From an uncultured Pelolinea sp. (GTDB taxonomy: Bacteria; Chloroflexota; Anaerolineae; Anaerolineales; Anaerolineaceae): a stretch of 64,000 bases of DNA. Made by a program: the position numbers and the translations under genes. The DNA is taken from contig CAZBNE010000001.1 in the NCBI GenBank assembly GCA_964493155.1, positions 26,065-90,064 on the forward strand, given 5' to 3'. This document shows, in pieces, positions 8,849 to 20,028 of this stretch (its first letter is position 1; each line of letters opens with the position of its first letter). Under the pieces are notes generated by a model that was given only the letters and a program-made list of their open reading frames with translations, was not told the DNA's origin and searched no databases.

Positions 8849-9064
8849 GCCCCAATTATGGCAAAATTATTTTTTTTCCCCCACATGTGGGGGCTCACGA
8901 AATAATGAATAATCCTTACTCTCGTTCGAAAGAAATAACTCAGACTGTGACAGCCCCGATTTCCACCAATCACCTTAAAAATGCCTGATGATGTTCAACA
9001 AGATGCATGTTGCGATTCGCAATATTCAAGACTACTGATTAAATGGTTCGGGGATCGCTTGCTT

Positions 9065-11315
<2,251 letters not shown>

Positions 11316-11332
11316 GATCATCTCCTCTGATA

Positions 11333-11364
11333 AAGAAAAAAACCGCCCCTTAGCAGGACGGTTT
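11333..11364 (-). terminator. Leader terminator (attenuator) immediately upstream of the metA RBS
   Basis: Minus-strand RNA AACCGUCC-UGCUAA-GGGGCGGUU followed by UUUUUUU, then CUUUAUCAGAGGAGAUGAUC-AUG. Confidence 0.7.
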
Positions 11365-11519
11365 GGCAAAATAACGATTCTTAAAAATGTCTAATTAGCA
11401 ACCATCCCAAAAAAATTCAGGCCCGCAAATTGGAGCCATGCGCATGCCCATAGGCATCATGACTGATCTACAGATTCTCATTTGGCCGGTTGCTGCTGGT
11501 CTGGTTTTCACTTCGCAGG

Positions 11520-11548
11520 AGTTTACATTGACATTTTAGTTATGTCAA
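11520..11548 (-). promoter_or_regulatory. Sigma70-type promoter of the metA-metY leader
   Basis: Minus strand: TTGACA (11548-11543), 17 nt spacer, TAAACT (11525-11520). Confidence 0.55.
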
Positions 11549-11689
11549 GCGAAGAAATTTGTTCATTTCATTTTTCACATGCATAATGATTACTATCATA
11601 ATTTAATTATTATTACGATTATTCCTAACCATCTGCACTGTCGCTGTTATCCTTCAGGATGTTCATATGGTTCCTGATTGAGGTCTTGC

Positions 11690-12023
11690 GCCTGTCAATA
11701 TGCTTAAAATACCTGGGTTATTCCTGGTTCAGGGGATGGAAGGGTAGCATTTAGGTGAAGTGGCAGGTTGAGATCAAGGTCTATTAATCCTGATCATATA
11801 CTTGTTTAAAAGAATTCGTTGGTGTACCTTTTTGTCTGGTATGATAAAAACCGTCGAACCTATTGATACCTGGCCGCCGGAGCGGATGTCAAACCTGCTT
11901 GATTTCGCTGATGCCGCAGGTTCACTGGCAACCACAAAAAAAGGCGCAATTTCGGCCATGCTGAATGAAAGCCAGATCAGGGATTACATTCAGAATATAC
12001 CCCGCTGCAGTTTAAGGCAGTAA
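11690..12023 (+). pseudogene. PfkB-family sugar kinase remnant (C-terminal fragment)
   Basis: The ORF tail DFADAAGSLATTKKGAISAM matches the PfkB C-terminal signature. The upstream GAGD-box region is degenerate and broken by stops. No intact N-terminal two thirds remain. Confidence 0.45.
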
Positions 12024-12060
12024 GATAGTATTTTTTTAACAGGAAAAGGAGCATCTCGTT

Positions 12061-13155
12061 ATGGATCATTCTATGAGTTACAACGACATTCTGATTAAAT
12101 ATGCCGAGTATCAGGAAAAAGCCAGAAAGATACTGAAGCCCTCCTGCTATGTTTGCAAGGTTTGTAATGGCGTGGCCTGCGCCGGCCGTTTTACCAATTC
12201 ACTTGAATTTGGCGCCAAGGGCAACAATTTGGGATTTATCAATGCCTATAAAGCGCTTGCCGATATCCGTATAGAACTGGATGTTATGCATGATGATTAT
12301 ATTCCCGATACATCCATCGAGCTTTTTGGGCATACTTTCGATCTGCCGGTTTTCGCCTCACCCATTGGAAAAATCCTCACGGATTACACCTTTGACAGCC
12401 CTTTCTTCAATAATAACGACAGGTATGCTGACGCGCTGGTCAAAGGCGCTTATGAAGCGGGTGGTATGGCATGGCTGGGTGACAATAAAGCACAGGATTA
12501 TTTTCCGGGTCAGATTGCTCCGATCAAAGATGTCAACGGCGTTGGCGTTCCTACCATTAAGCCCTGGGCAGACCGCCAAGAGTTTAGCAAGCGCGTAAAA
12601 ATGAGTCTTGATATGGGTGCGATGGCGCTCGCTACTGACCTGGATGCTATTGGATTGGGTTACCAGTATTCCGGCAAAGCTGGCTCAATAAATGAGGGCG
12701 TCTGCGCCAGAAATGTAAAAGAAATGAGGGAATTTGTTAAATCCGTCGATGTGCCGGTGGTAATCAAAGGCATCATGTCGGTAAAAGCCGCGCTTAAAGC
12801 TGCTGAAACCGGAGCATACGCCATCCTGATCTCCAACCATGGCGGTAATGTGGTTGAAGGAAGTATGGCGCCCTGTGATGTTGTCGAAGATATCTGCAAA
12901 GCAGTTGGGGGGTCGATTAAAGTTTTCGCAGATGGCTGCGTACGTTCCGGCGAGGACGTTTTTAAAATGCTGGCGCTTGGTGCAGAAGCTGTTGGTATTG
13001 GCCGCCCGTATGTGGTGGCTGTTTATGGCGGTGGACAGGATGGCGCCAATATCTATACTCAAAAGATCTACTGCGAGCTGCAGAATATCATGCGCCTGGC
13101 CAACTGCCAAAGCCTGAAAGATATCACCCGTGATAAATTGGTTATCCGAAAATAA
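12061..13155 (+). CDS. FMN-dependent alpha-hydroxy-acid dehydrogenase/oxidase family protein with N-terminal Cys cluster
   Basis: TIM-barrel FMN_dh motifs (VVIKGI, ILISNHGG, GIGRP). N-terminal CYVCKVCNGVAC (CX2CX2CX4C). AAGGAG RBS. Confidence 0.7.
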   Translation: MDHSMSYNDILIKYAEYQEKARKILKPSCYVCKVCNGVACAGRFTNSLEFGAKGNNLGFINAYKALADIRIELDVMHDDYIPDTSIELFGHTFDLPVFASPIGKILTDYTFDSPFFNNNDRYADALVKGAYEAGGMAWLGDNKAQDYFPGQIAPIKDVNGVGVPTIKPWADRQEFSKRVKMSLDMGAMALATDLDAIGLGYQYSGKAGSINEGVCARNVKEMREFVKSVDVPVVIKGIMSVKAALKAAETGAYAILISNHGGNVVEGSMAPCDVVEDICKAVGGSIKVFADGCVRSGEDVFKMLALGAEAVGIGRPYVVAVYGGGQDGANIYTQKIYCELQNIMRLANCQSLKDITRDKLVIRK

Positions 13156-13183
13156 AATAATACTGGATTAGGAGGTATCGATC

Positions 13184-14038
13184 ATGGGTAAACGCTATCG
13201 CTCTGAACTGGTAGGTGCTTTTGGCGATCCCATCGATGAAAATCCGACTGGAGTAATGGAAGAAGCTGCCTTCGCTGCAAAGGGTCTGGATTTTCGTTAC
13301 CTAACAATAAATGTAAAAAAGGTTCATTTGAAAGCAGCCATGGAAGGCATACGCGCCATGAATTTCCGCGGCATCAACCTCACCATCCCGCACAAGGTCG
13401 AAGTTCTACAATATCTGGATGACCTTTCTGAGGCAGCCGAGATCATCGGCGCGGTTAATATGGTCGTCAATCGGAACGGCAGGCTTTGGGGAGAAAACAC
13501 AGACGGCAAGGGTTATCTGACCTCACTGACGAACGCCGGCATATCGCCAGCGGGAAAGAATATCACCATTCTCGGCGCGGGCGGAGCGTCGCGCGCGATC
13601 AGCGTGGAATGCGCCCTGGCGGGAGCAAGGAAGATCACGATCGCCAACATTGAAAAAGAACAGGGTGAGGTTCTGGTTGACCTGCTCAGGAAACGCACCA
13701 ATACAGATGCGAACTTTGTGATGTGGGATAAGCCTGTCGAAGTTCCTGCTGATACCTATATCCTGTCCAACGCAACATCGGTAGGTTTATATCCCAACGT
13801 GGATCAGAAACCCAACATTAATTACGATTCGATTCATTCCGGTATGGTTGTGACAGACGTGATCTTTAACGACCCCAACAGCCTGTTCCTGCAGGAAGCG
13901 GCCAGTCGCGGCGCAAAAACTATCAATGGGCTGGGTATGCTGGTCAACCAGGGTGCCTTGAACTTTACCTTATGGACCGGTGTAGAAGCGCCAATTGAAA
14001 TTATGACAAAAACCCTTAAAAAAGAGTTTGGTTTGTAA
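13184..14038 (+). CDS. Shikimate/quinate dehydrogenase family protein (AroE-like, noncanonical substrate loop)
   Basis: NLTIPHK, IGAVN, NTDGKG and the Rossmann GAGGASRA motif are present. The canonical HSxSP loop is replaced by DENPTG. Confidence 0.75.
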   Translation: MGKRYRSELVGAFGDPIDENPTGVMEEAAFAAKGLDFRYLTINVKKVHLKAAMEGIRAMNFRGINLTIPHKVEVLQYLDDLSEAAEIIGAVNMVVNRNGRLWGENTDGKGYLTSLTNAGISPAGKNITILGAGGASRAISVECALAGARKITIANIEKEQGEVLVDLLRKRTNTDANFVMWDKPVEVPADTYILSNATSVGLYPNVDQKPNINYDSIHSGMVVTDVIFNDPNSLFLQEAASRGAKTINGLGMLVNQGALNFTLWTGVEAPIEIMTKTLKKEFGL

Positions 14039-14141
14039 GCCAAAAATCCGCAGACCAATTCGGTTCTGTGATTTAAATTACATCGGCCTGTTTACTTCGA
14101 AAAGCAGGCTGCTCATGAATAATTACATTGATCTATTCTTT

Positions 14142-14813
14142 TTAAATGACATTTACCAGATCGGCAGTAGATCTCAGGATCAGATCAGCGCCAGCCTGCC
14201 TTAAGCCTTTTTCCCGGCCAAAGCCGCACAGTACGCCAACTGACTGCATCCGCGCCAGGCGAGCCGAGCGGATGTCTACTGGTGTATCGCCCACCATCAG
14301 GCAGTTTTCCGGCGCGATCGCCAGTTTTTCAGCCGCATAAAGCATTGGATCAGGATAAGGCTTGGTGTGCCTAGTGGACTGCGAGGTAACAATTACTTTA
14401 AAAAGTTCGCCTAATCGAAATTGATCAACAAACGCCCTGCTGGAGTGCTCATCGCGGGCGCTGACGATACCCAGCGAATATTTCTCCGCCAGTTTGCTCA
14501 ACATCTCACCTGTTCCCGGTATTAGCCAGTATTCCCGCAACCTGTGCTTGCGCCTGCGGGCGCGCCAATCCAGTAGTTTGATGAACAGGCTGTCCAGGTC
14601 AAATCGGTCGGCCAGGTTATAGATAGCATTGCCGGGCGATTCTGCGCTCATCACAAGCCAGCGCGCGATTGCCCGGCGTTTGTTTTCATCCAATACCATG
14701 CGTAAAGGACTTATTATCCTCTCCGCTTTTTTCATTATCTGGTCATCAGTGTCGCTCAGTGTCCCATCAATATCGAACAGGATCGCTTTAATTTTCACGG
14801 CATCCAGAGCCAT
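14142..14813 (-). CDS. HAD-superfamily hydrolase (phosphoglycolate phosphatase-like)
   Basis: Motif I FDIDGTLSDT, motif II VSAR, motif IV GDTPVD. Confidence 0.75.
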   Translation of the reverse strand: MALDAVKIKAILFDIDGTLSDTDDQIMKKAERIISPLRMVLDENKRRAIARWLVMSAESPGNAIYNLADRFDLDSLFIKLLDWRARRRKHRLREYWLIPGTGEMLSKLAEKYSLGIVSARDEHSSRAFVDQFRLGELFKVIVTSQSTRHTKPYPDPMLYAAEKLAIAPENCLMVGDTPVDIRSARLARMQSVGVLCGFGREKGLRQAGADLILRSTADLVNVI

Positions 14814-14821
14814 ATTTATCC

Positions 14822-16114
14822 TCAGTTATTGGTAACGTAATCGATCGCGTAGAACGCATCCTGATATTCAGGGTGGATCTTGAGCGCCGCGCGAAACAGG
14901 TTGAGCGCATCTGCATTACTTCCCTGGCGATAGAAGCCCCATCCGCGCCATAACATGGCTTCTTCAGATGTTCGTGTTATCCCAAGCGCGTACTTGGTCA
15001 GTGCCATCAGATCATCTGTCCGCATCGAATGAAAGTAAGAAATGAAAGGCCCAAACTGGTAGCGCAGCATACGCGCTGGCAGCCCGATGGTACGCGCAGT
15101 ATCATATGCTGCCGCGGCATCATTGTAGCGCTCAAAATAAGTGAGGTTGGTTCCGTAGTTGAACCAGACATAGGCATTACCCGGATCAGAGCGAGTTTCC
15201 TTTTCGGATACCTCTAGGGCTTTCTGGCGGTTGGTTTCCACATCCCAGTTCTCACCTAGAACACTCTCAAGTGTACTTTGCATTTCAGCGGGGAAAGCCA
15301 TTATATAGACATAATTAAATGACTGCCAATTCTTGACCAGCTCAGCATAAGATATCTTCTGGTTTGGACCGATTTCACTATCATGGACGGTGAACTGCTG
15401 CGCACCATCATCATATCCGGTCACCAAAAGGTAATGTCCTGCCCAAAGATCGTCATCCGGCCAATATTGTCGATCTGTCTTAAAAGTCTCTTCGATCATC
15501 ACCGGGAAGCCGGCAGCTAGCAGCTTTTTGAGAATATCCAGGTCGCCGCCCACACGGAACTCGGCATTCAGCCAGCCCGAGCGCGTACGCACGTAATAGA
15601 CCAGTTCGTCCACATTGACATTACGGTCATCGCGGGTGGGCTTGATCACCTCGGAAATATCATACTGGTCGCCTTTCCAACCATAATAGCGCAGGTATAG
15701 TGCCAAAGTGGCAGGACCGCAGTTGTTCCAGTCCTGCTTGTCGCGCGTTTCATCATAAGCCGGAGGTGTGAGCTGGATGCGGTTCGGGATGGGTGTCGGC
15801 ACCAGGGTTGGAGTGGGTGTATAAAGCGGTGTGGGTAAGGGCTCAGGCGTTTCAGTTGGAGGCGGAAGGGACGGTGTGACCAGAGCCATACCCGACTGCA
15901 CATTCACAGCCGGAGTGGGCAGTTTGTTGACTGGATTGATCAGCATGCGCACGTAAGTCAGCGCGATATCCATCCGCCAGGTAAGCGCCCGGTTGATTCT
16001 CGGGATCTGAAACAATCCCAATCCAAGAAGAGCCAAGGCTAAGAAAGCGGAGATAAGTTTTAAACCCAGGCGGCGTTTTCCGCGCCGGTAGGGCAAATAA
16101 TCAGGGTTTTGCAT
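14822..16114 (-). CDS. Membrane-anchored C39-like cysteine peptidase domain protein with C-terminal TPR-like repeats
   Basis: N-terminal TM anchor, Pro/Thr linker, NNCGPATLALYL (C39-like catalytic Cys context), helical repeat C-terminus. Confidence 0.55.
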   Translation of the reverse strand: MQNPDYLPYRRGKRRLGLKLISAFLALALLGLGLFQIPRINRALTWRMDIALTYVRMLINPVNKLPTPAVNVQSGMALVTPSLPPPTETPEPLPTPLYTPTPTLVPTPIPNRIQLTPPAYDETRDKQDWNNCGPATLALYLRYYGWKGDQYDISEVIKPTRDDRNVNVDELVYYVRTRSGWLNAEFRVGGDLDILKKLLAAGFPVMIEETFKTDRQYWPDDDLWAGHYLLVTGYDDGAQQFTVHDSEIGPNQKISYAELVKNWQSFNYVYIMAFPAEMQSTLESVLGENWDVETNRQKALEVSEKETRSDPGNAYVWFNYGTNLTYFERYNDAAAAYDTARTIGLPARMLRYQFGPFISYFHSMRTDDLMALTKYALGITRTSEEAMLWRGWGFYRQGSNADALNLFRAALKIHPEYQDAFYAIDYVTNN

Positions 16115-16190
16115 TTCGCTATCTTACCACACCTGATTTCGAGTAATTAATTGGATTATTTTAGTCTTATTCACTGTTATAATCGCGGGC

Positions 16191-17504
16191 GTGAAATATT
16201 ACATCTGGACTGAAGGCTGCCAAATGAACACCGCGGATTCGCTGCGTGTGGCTGCTGCTCTTGAAAAACTTGGTTACAGCGCCTCTCTCAAAGCGGAAGA
16301 GGCAGATGTTGTGGTACTTAACACCTGTGTCGTGCGGCAGAGCGCCGAAGACAAAGCTGTCGGGCGTTTGACCTCGCTTAAAGCACTCAAATCCAAGAAT
16401 CCCGACCTGGTGATCAACTTAATGGGCTGCCTGGTCGGCATTCGCGGCGCGGCTGAGATGAAAGCGCGTTTTCCGTTTGTTGATGTATTCTCCCAGCCTT
16501 CCGACCCGCACCCCCTGATCGATCACCTCACTGGCGTATCCCGCCAGCAGATGCTGCAGCGCGATGCGCACATCGAAGATATTTTGGATTCCGATTATGC
16601 CTACACTCTGCCGGATTCCCGCAGCGCGCACACGGTTTCGGCGCTTTTGCCGGTGGTTTTCGGTTGCTCGCACGCATGCGCTTATTGTGTCATTCCGCTC
16701 AGACGTGGGCATGAGATCAGCCGACCGCCACATGAAATATTGGCAGACGCCAGATCGCTGGCGGTGCAGGGTGTAAAAGAAATCACACTTTTAGGCCAGA
16801 TCATCGACCGCTACGGGTTGGATCTGGATGATAAACCGACACTCAGCAGCCTGCTGCGGGAGATGAGTCGCATTGACGGTCTGGAACGCATCCGTTTTCT
16901 TACCTCACACCCCAATTGGATGAAAGATGATCTATTAGACGCGGTTGATGAACTCCCCAAGGTGATGCCGCATTTTGAGCTGCCGATCCAGGCTGGAGAT
17001 GATGCGGTACTGCACAATATGCGTCGCGGATATTCAGTTGAACAATTTATGCAGACAGTTGAAAAGATCCGTTCATGTTTCAGTACAGTTTCTATTGCGA
17101 CTGATCTGATAGTTGGATTCCCGGGTGAAAGCGAAGCACAGTTCAATCATTCAGTGGCAGTACTGAAAGCCATGCGGCCGGATATAACGCATGTCGCCCG
17201 CTACTCGCCTCGCCCAGGCACGCTTTCAGCACTTACCATGCCCGACGACATTCCAGATGAAGAAAAGTTGCGTCGTTTCCGCGTCATCGAAACACTTCAG
17301 GAGCAGATTACCAGTGAGATCAATCAAGCCTATCTGGGCGCCAAAGTGCCTGTCCTGTTCGAGGAAAAGAACAAAGATCGCTGGCGCGGGCGCACATCTA
17401 CCAACAAGTTGGTCTTCGCTGAAAGCGCTCAGGATCTGCGCGGCCAGGTTTGCAATGCCGAAATCACTTGGGCCGGACCATGGTCCATGATCGCTGTGGT
17501 GTAA
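16191..17504 (+). CDS. miaB: tRNA-i6A37 methylthiotransferase MiaB
   Basis: N-terminus YIWTEGCQMN, radical-SAM CSHACAYC, TRAM C-terminus. The GTG start must lie upstream of the first cluster Cys. Confidence 0.9.
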   Translation: MKYYIWTEGCQMNTADSLRVAAALEKLGYSASLKAEEADVVVLNTCVVRQSAEDKAVGRLTSLKALKSKNPDLVINLMGCLVGIRGAAEMKARFPFVDVFSQPSDPHPLIDHLTGVSRQQMLQRDAHIEDILDSDYAYTLPDSRSAHTVSALLPVVFGCSHACAYCVIPLRRGHEISRPPHEILADARSLAVQGVKEITLLGQIIDRYGLDLDDKPTLSSLLREMSRIDGLERIRFLTSHPNWMKDDLLDAVDELPKVMPHFELPIQAGDDAVLHNMRRGYSVEQFMQTVEKIRSCFSTVSIATDLIVGFPGESEAQFNHSVAVLKAMRPDITHVARYSPRPGTLSALTMPDDIPDEEKLRRFRVIETLQEQITSEINQAYLGAKVPVLFEEKNKDRWRGRTSTNKLVFAESAQDLRGQVCNAEITWAGPWSMIAVV

Positions 17505-17521
17505 AATTTCTTTCTGTCCCA

Positions 17522-18235
17522 ATGAAAATGGTTAAAACGTTCCTTCTCATGCTTACTGTCGGTCTGGGCTTGTTGGCCGGCTACTATGTGATGCGGATTG
17601 CTTTCCGCCCTGTTCGCTATCTACACTTCATGGAATATATGCGCGATCCGGTCGGGCATAAAGAATGGGCGGTGTCAGCCAATCAGCGCTGTGCAGATGC
17701 CCCCTTTCAGCACCCGACAGATGGTTACATCGGATTTTTATGGGGTGATTCTTTTCGTATCGGCCACAGCCACCAGGGACTGGATATTTTTGGCGGCGGG
17801 GAAGCGGGTATTACCCCGGTTTACGCAGCGTTTGATGGCTTTCTGACACGCCAGCCCGATTGGAAATCCAGCCTGATCATCCGCATTCCTTCGGACCCCC
17901 TGCACCCGGGCACTCAGATCTGGACCTATTACACCCATATGGCTGACCAAAACGGCAGATCATATATCACTTCTGACTTTCCGCCAGGAACCAGTGAGGT
18001 TTTTGTAAAAGCCGGCACACTGCTTGGCTACCAGGGCAATTATTCTGGTACGCCGAACAATCCCGTGGGAGTGCATCTTCATTTTTCGGTCGTGAAAGAT
18101 AATGGCAGCGGGCGATTCTTGAATGAACTGGAGATCAAGAACACCCTTGATCCTTCTCCTTATTTCAACCTGCCTGTTAACGGGAAAGAAAATAAAAAAG
18201 AAATTCCAGTCTGCGGTGCTGCTCCGCTTGAGTAA
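17522..18235 (+). CDS. M23 family metallopeptidase
   Basis: TM anchor, HQGLDIF and HLHFSV motifs. ATG 17522 avoids overlap with miaB. Confidence 0.75.
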   Translation: MKMVKTFLLMLTVGLGLLAGYYVMRIAFRPVRYLHFMEYMRDPVGHKEWAVSANQRCADAPFQHPTDGYIGFLWGDSFRIGHSHQGLDIFGGGEAGITPVYAAFDGFLTRQPDWKSSLIIRIPSDPLHPGTQIWTYYTHMADQNGRSYITSDFPPGTSEVFVKAGTLLGYQGNYSGTPNNPVGVHLHFSVVKDNGSGRFLNELEIKNTLDPSPYFNLPVNGKENKKEIPVCGAAPLE

Positions 18236-18275
18236 ACAGCTATAATTTTTAAATCCTGATTATTTTTAAAAAAAG

Positions 18276-19109
18276 ATGATTTCTTATCGCGACATTTCTG
18301 CTGGTTTGCAGGACCTGGGACTTGACCGCAGCACTCCCGTCCTTGCACACATCAGCCTACCAAAGCTGGGCGAGGTTAAAGGCGGGCTGAACACCATTAT
18401 GGGTGCTCTGCTTGCCACTGTTGATAATGTCATGATGCCAACCTTCACCTATTCAACCCTGATCATTCCTGAAAGCGGGCCTGATAATAATTTGGTGATC
18501 TACGGCAGCGGACGAGAGACCAATTTAAAGGCTCAGGTTTTCTCGCATGACCTTCCTGGTGATGCACCTGATAATCAGGCATCTGAAGCACTGCGTGCCT
18601 ACCCCGGTGTGTATCGCTCCAGCCATCCGGTTTTCTCCTTTACGGGCCTGGGATTGGATGTTGCCTTGGTCGATCATCCAGCTGACAATCCGTATGCACC
18701 CATCGCCGAGCTGCGCAAATTAAATGGGTGGGTATTGCTTCTGGGTGCAGAGCCTTCAGCGAATTTCAGCCTGCATTTCGCCGAAAAACTGGCTGGCCGT
18801 AAACAGTTCACACGTTGGGCGCTGGGCACTGACGGCATCCTTGAGATTCAAAATTTTCCAGGCTGTTCAGAAGGTTTTCATAAAATAAATTTTTATATGC
18901 AGGAAGAGCTTCATACAGTGCGAATTGCAGATGTCTTCCTGCATGCGATGAAACTGGAAACACTGCTGAATGTAGCGGTTGCTTTAATCAATGAAGATAC
19001 TTTTGCCCTCCTGTGCAATAACATCAACTGCCCGCACTGCAACTTGGTTCGGGAATCTATCAAGGCGCAATTTTCACGCCAGTGGCATCCGGAAAGTCGG
19101 TTGGAGTGA
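18276..19109 (+). CDS. AAC(3)-family N-acetyltransferase-like protein
   Basis: The N-terminal pattern LGLDRSTPVLAHISLPKLGEVKGGLNTIMGALL...VMMPTFTY resembles aminoglycoside 3-N-acetyltransferase family proteins. Confidence 0.5.
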   Translation: MISYRDISAGLQDLGLDRSTPVLAHISLPKLGEVKGGLNTIMGALLATVDNVMMPTFTYSTLIIPESGPDNNLVIYGSGRETNLKAQVFSHDLPGDAPDNQASEALRAYPGVYRSSHPVFSFTGLGLDVALVDHPADNPYAPIAELRKLNGWVLLLGAEPSANFSLHFAEKLAGRKQFTRWALGTDGILEIQNFPGCSEGFHKINFYMQEELHTVRIADVFLHAMKLETLLNVAVALINEDTFALLCNNINCPHCNLVRESIKAQFSRQWHPESRLE

Positions 19110-19161
19110 TTATGTTATACTGGCAGCGAAGCACTGAAACTGGTGCGGAGAAAGGATCCGC

Positions 19162-20013
19162 ATGAAAGAAATTGCGACGGATATTTTAATTGAAACTGAA
19201 TATGAAGGTGTGACTGTAGGCGCCATCCGAACGGCAGCGGGCGTGGTGATGGTGGATACGCCCATCAATCCCAAAGATGCCTCAGCGTGGCGCACCACCT
19301 GCACCCGCTCTTCCACCGGATCAGATCGGCTGCTGGTGCTCCTGGATGAGCATTTCGACCGCGTTTCAGGCGCAACCAACATCAAATGCCCGGTGATTGT
19401 GCATGAAAAAACCTCCCAGGCGGTTTCATCCAAACCATCCTTAAAGAACCAGCCGCCTGACGAAATGGGCGCGGCATGGGAGACAAATCCTGAACCAGCG
19501 GTTACCACGCGCTGGATCCATGCCGAGATCACCTTTACAGTAAATATGGCTATCAACTGGGGAGATGACCCCATCCTGTTGGAACATCACCCGGGCCCAT
19601 CCAAGGGCTCCACCTGGGTTGTTGTACCGCAAAAGCATGTGGCGTTCATCGGAGATACTGTAACACCCGGGCAGCCGCCATTCTTCGCCAACGCGGATAT
19701 TGACACCTGGCTGGAAAGCCTGCATGAATTGCAGCTGGCGCGCTTTAAGGATTTCATCCTCATTAGCGGGCGCGGATCTTTGGTTACGATCGACGATGTT
19801 AAGGACCTGGAACATTTTCTCAAAAAGGCTGCACGCAAGCTGGAAAAATTGCGGCCATCTAAAGCCAAAGCCGAAGAGATAGAAACATTGGCAGCAGAAT
19901 TAATGGAAGATTTCACCTCCAAAAACAAACGTGAGGCAGAACAATTCTTAAACCGCCTGTCTACCGGCATCACGCAGTATTACAGCAGCCACGCTTCAAA
20001 AAAATCAGACTGA
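19162..20013 (+). CDS. Metallo-beta-lactamase-fold protein (degenerate metal motif)
   Basis: The pattern VVMVDTP...LLVLLDEHFDRVSG resembles an MBL HxHxDH region but is partly substituted. Confidence 0.4.
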   Translation: MKEIATDILIETEYEGVTVGAIRTAAGVVMVDTPINPKDASAWRTTCTRSSTGSDRLLVLLDEHFDRVSGATNIKCPVIVHEKTSQAVSSKPSLKNQPPDEMGAAWETNPEPAVTTRWIHAEITFTVNMAINWGDDPILLEHHPGPSKGSTWVVVPQKHVAFIGDTVTPGQPPFFANADIDTWLESLHELQLARFKDFILISGRGSLVTIDDVKDLEHFLKKAARKLEKLRPSKAKAEEIETLAAELMEDFTSKNKREAEQFLNRLSTGITQYYSSHASKKSD

Positions 20014-20028
20014 TCCTGAAGAGGCAAT

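Noticed and set aside
11365-11512. Calling the metA leader a SAM-I (S-box) riboswitch
   Set aside because: Only partial resemblance (GCAACC, GGCUCCAAUUUGC) is present. The GAGGGA/kink-turn half and the P1 consensus were not found by eye. It is reported as an unclassified leader instead.
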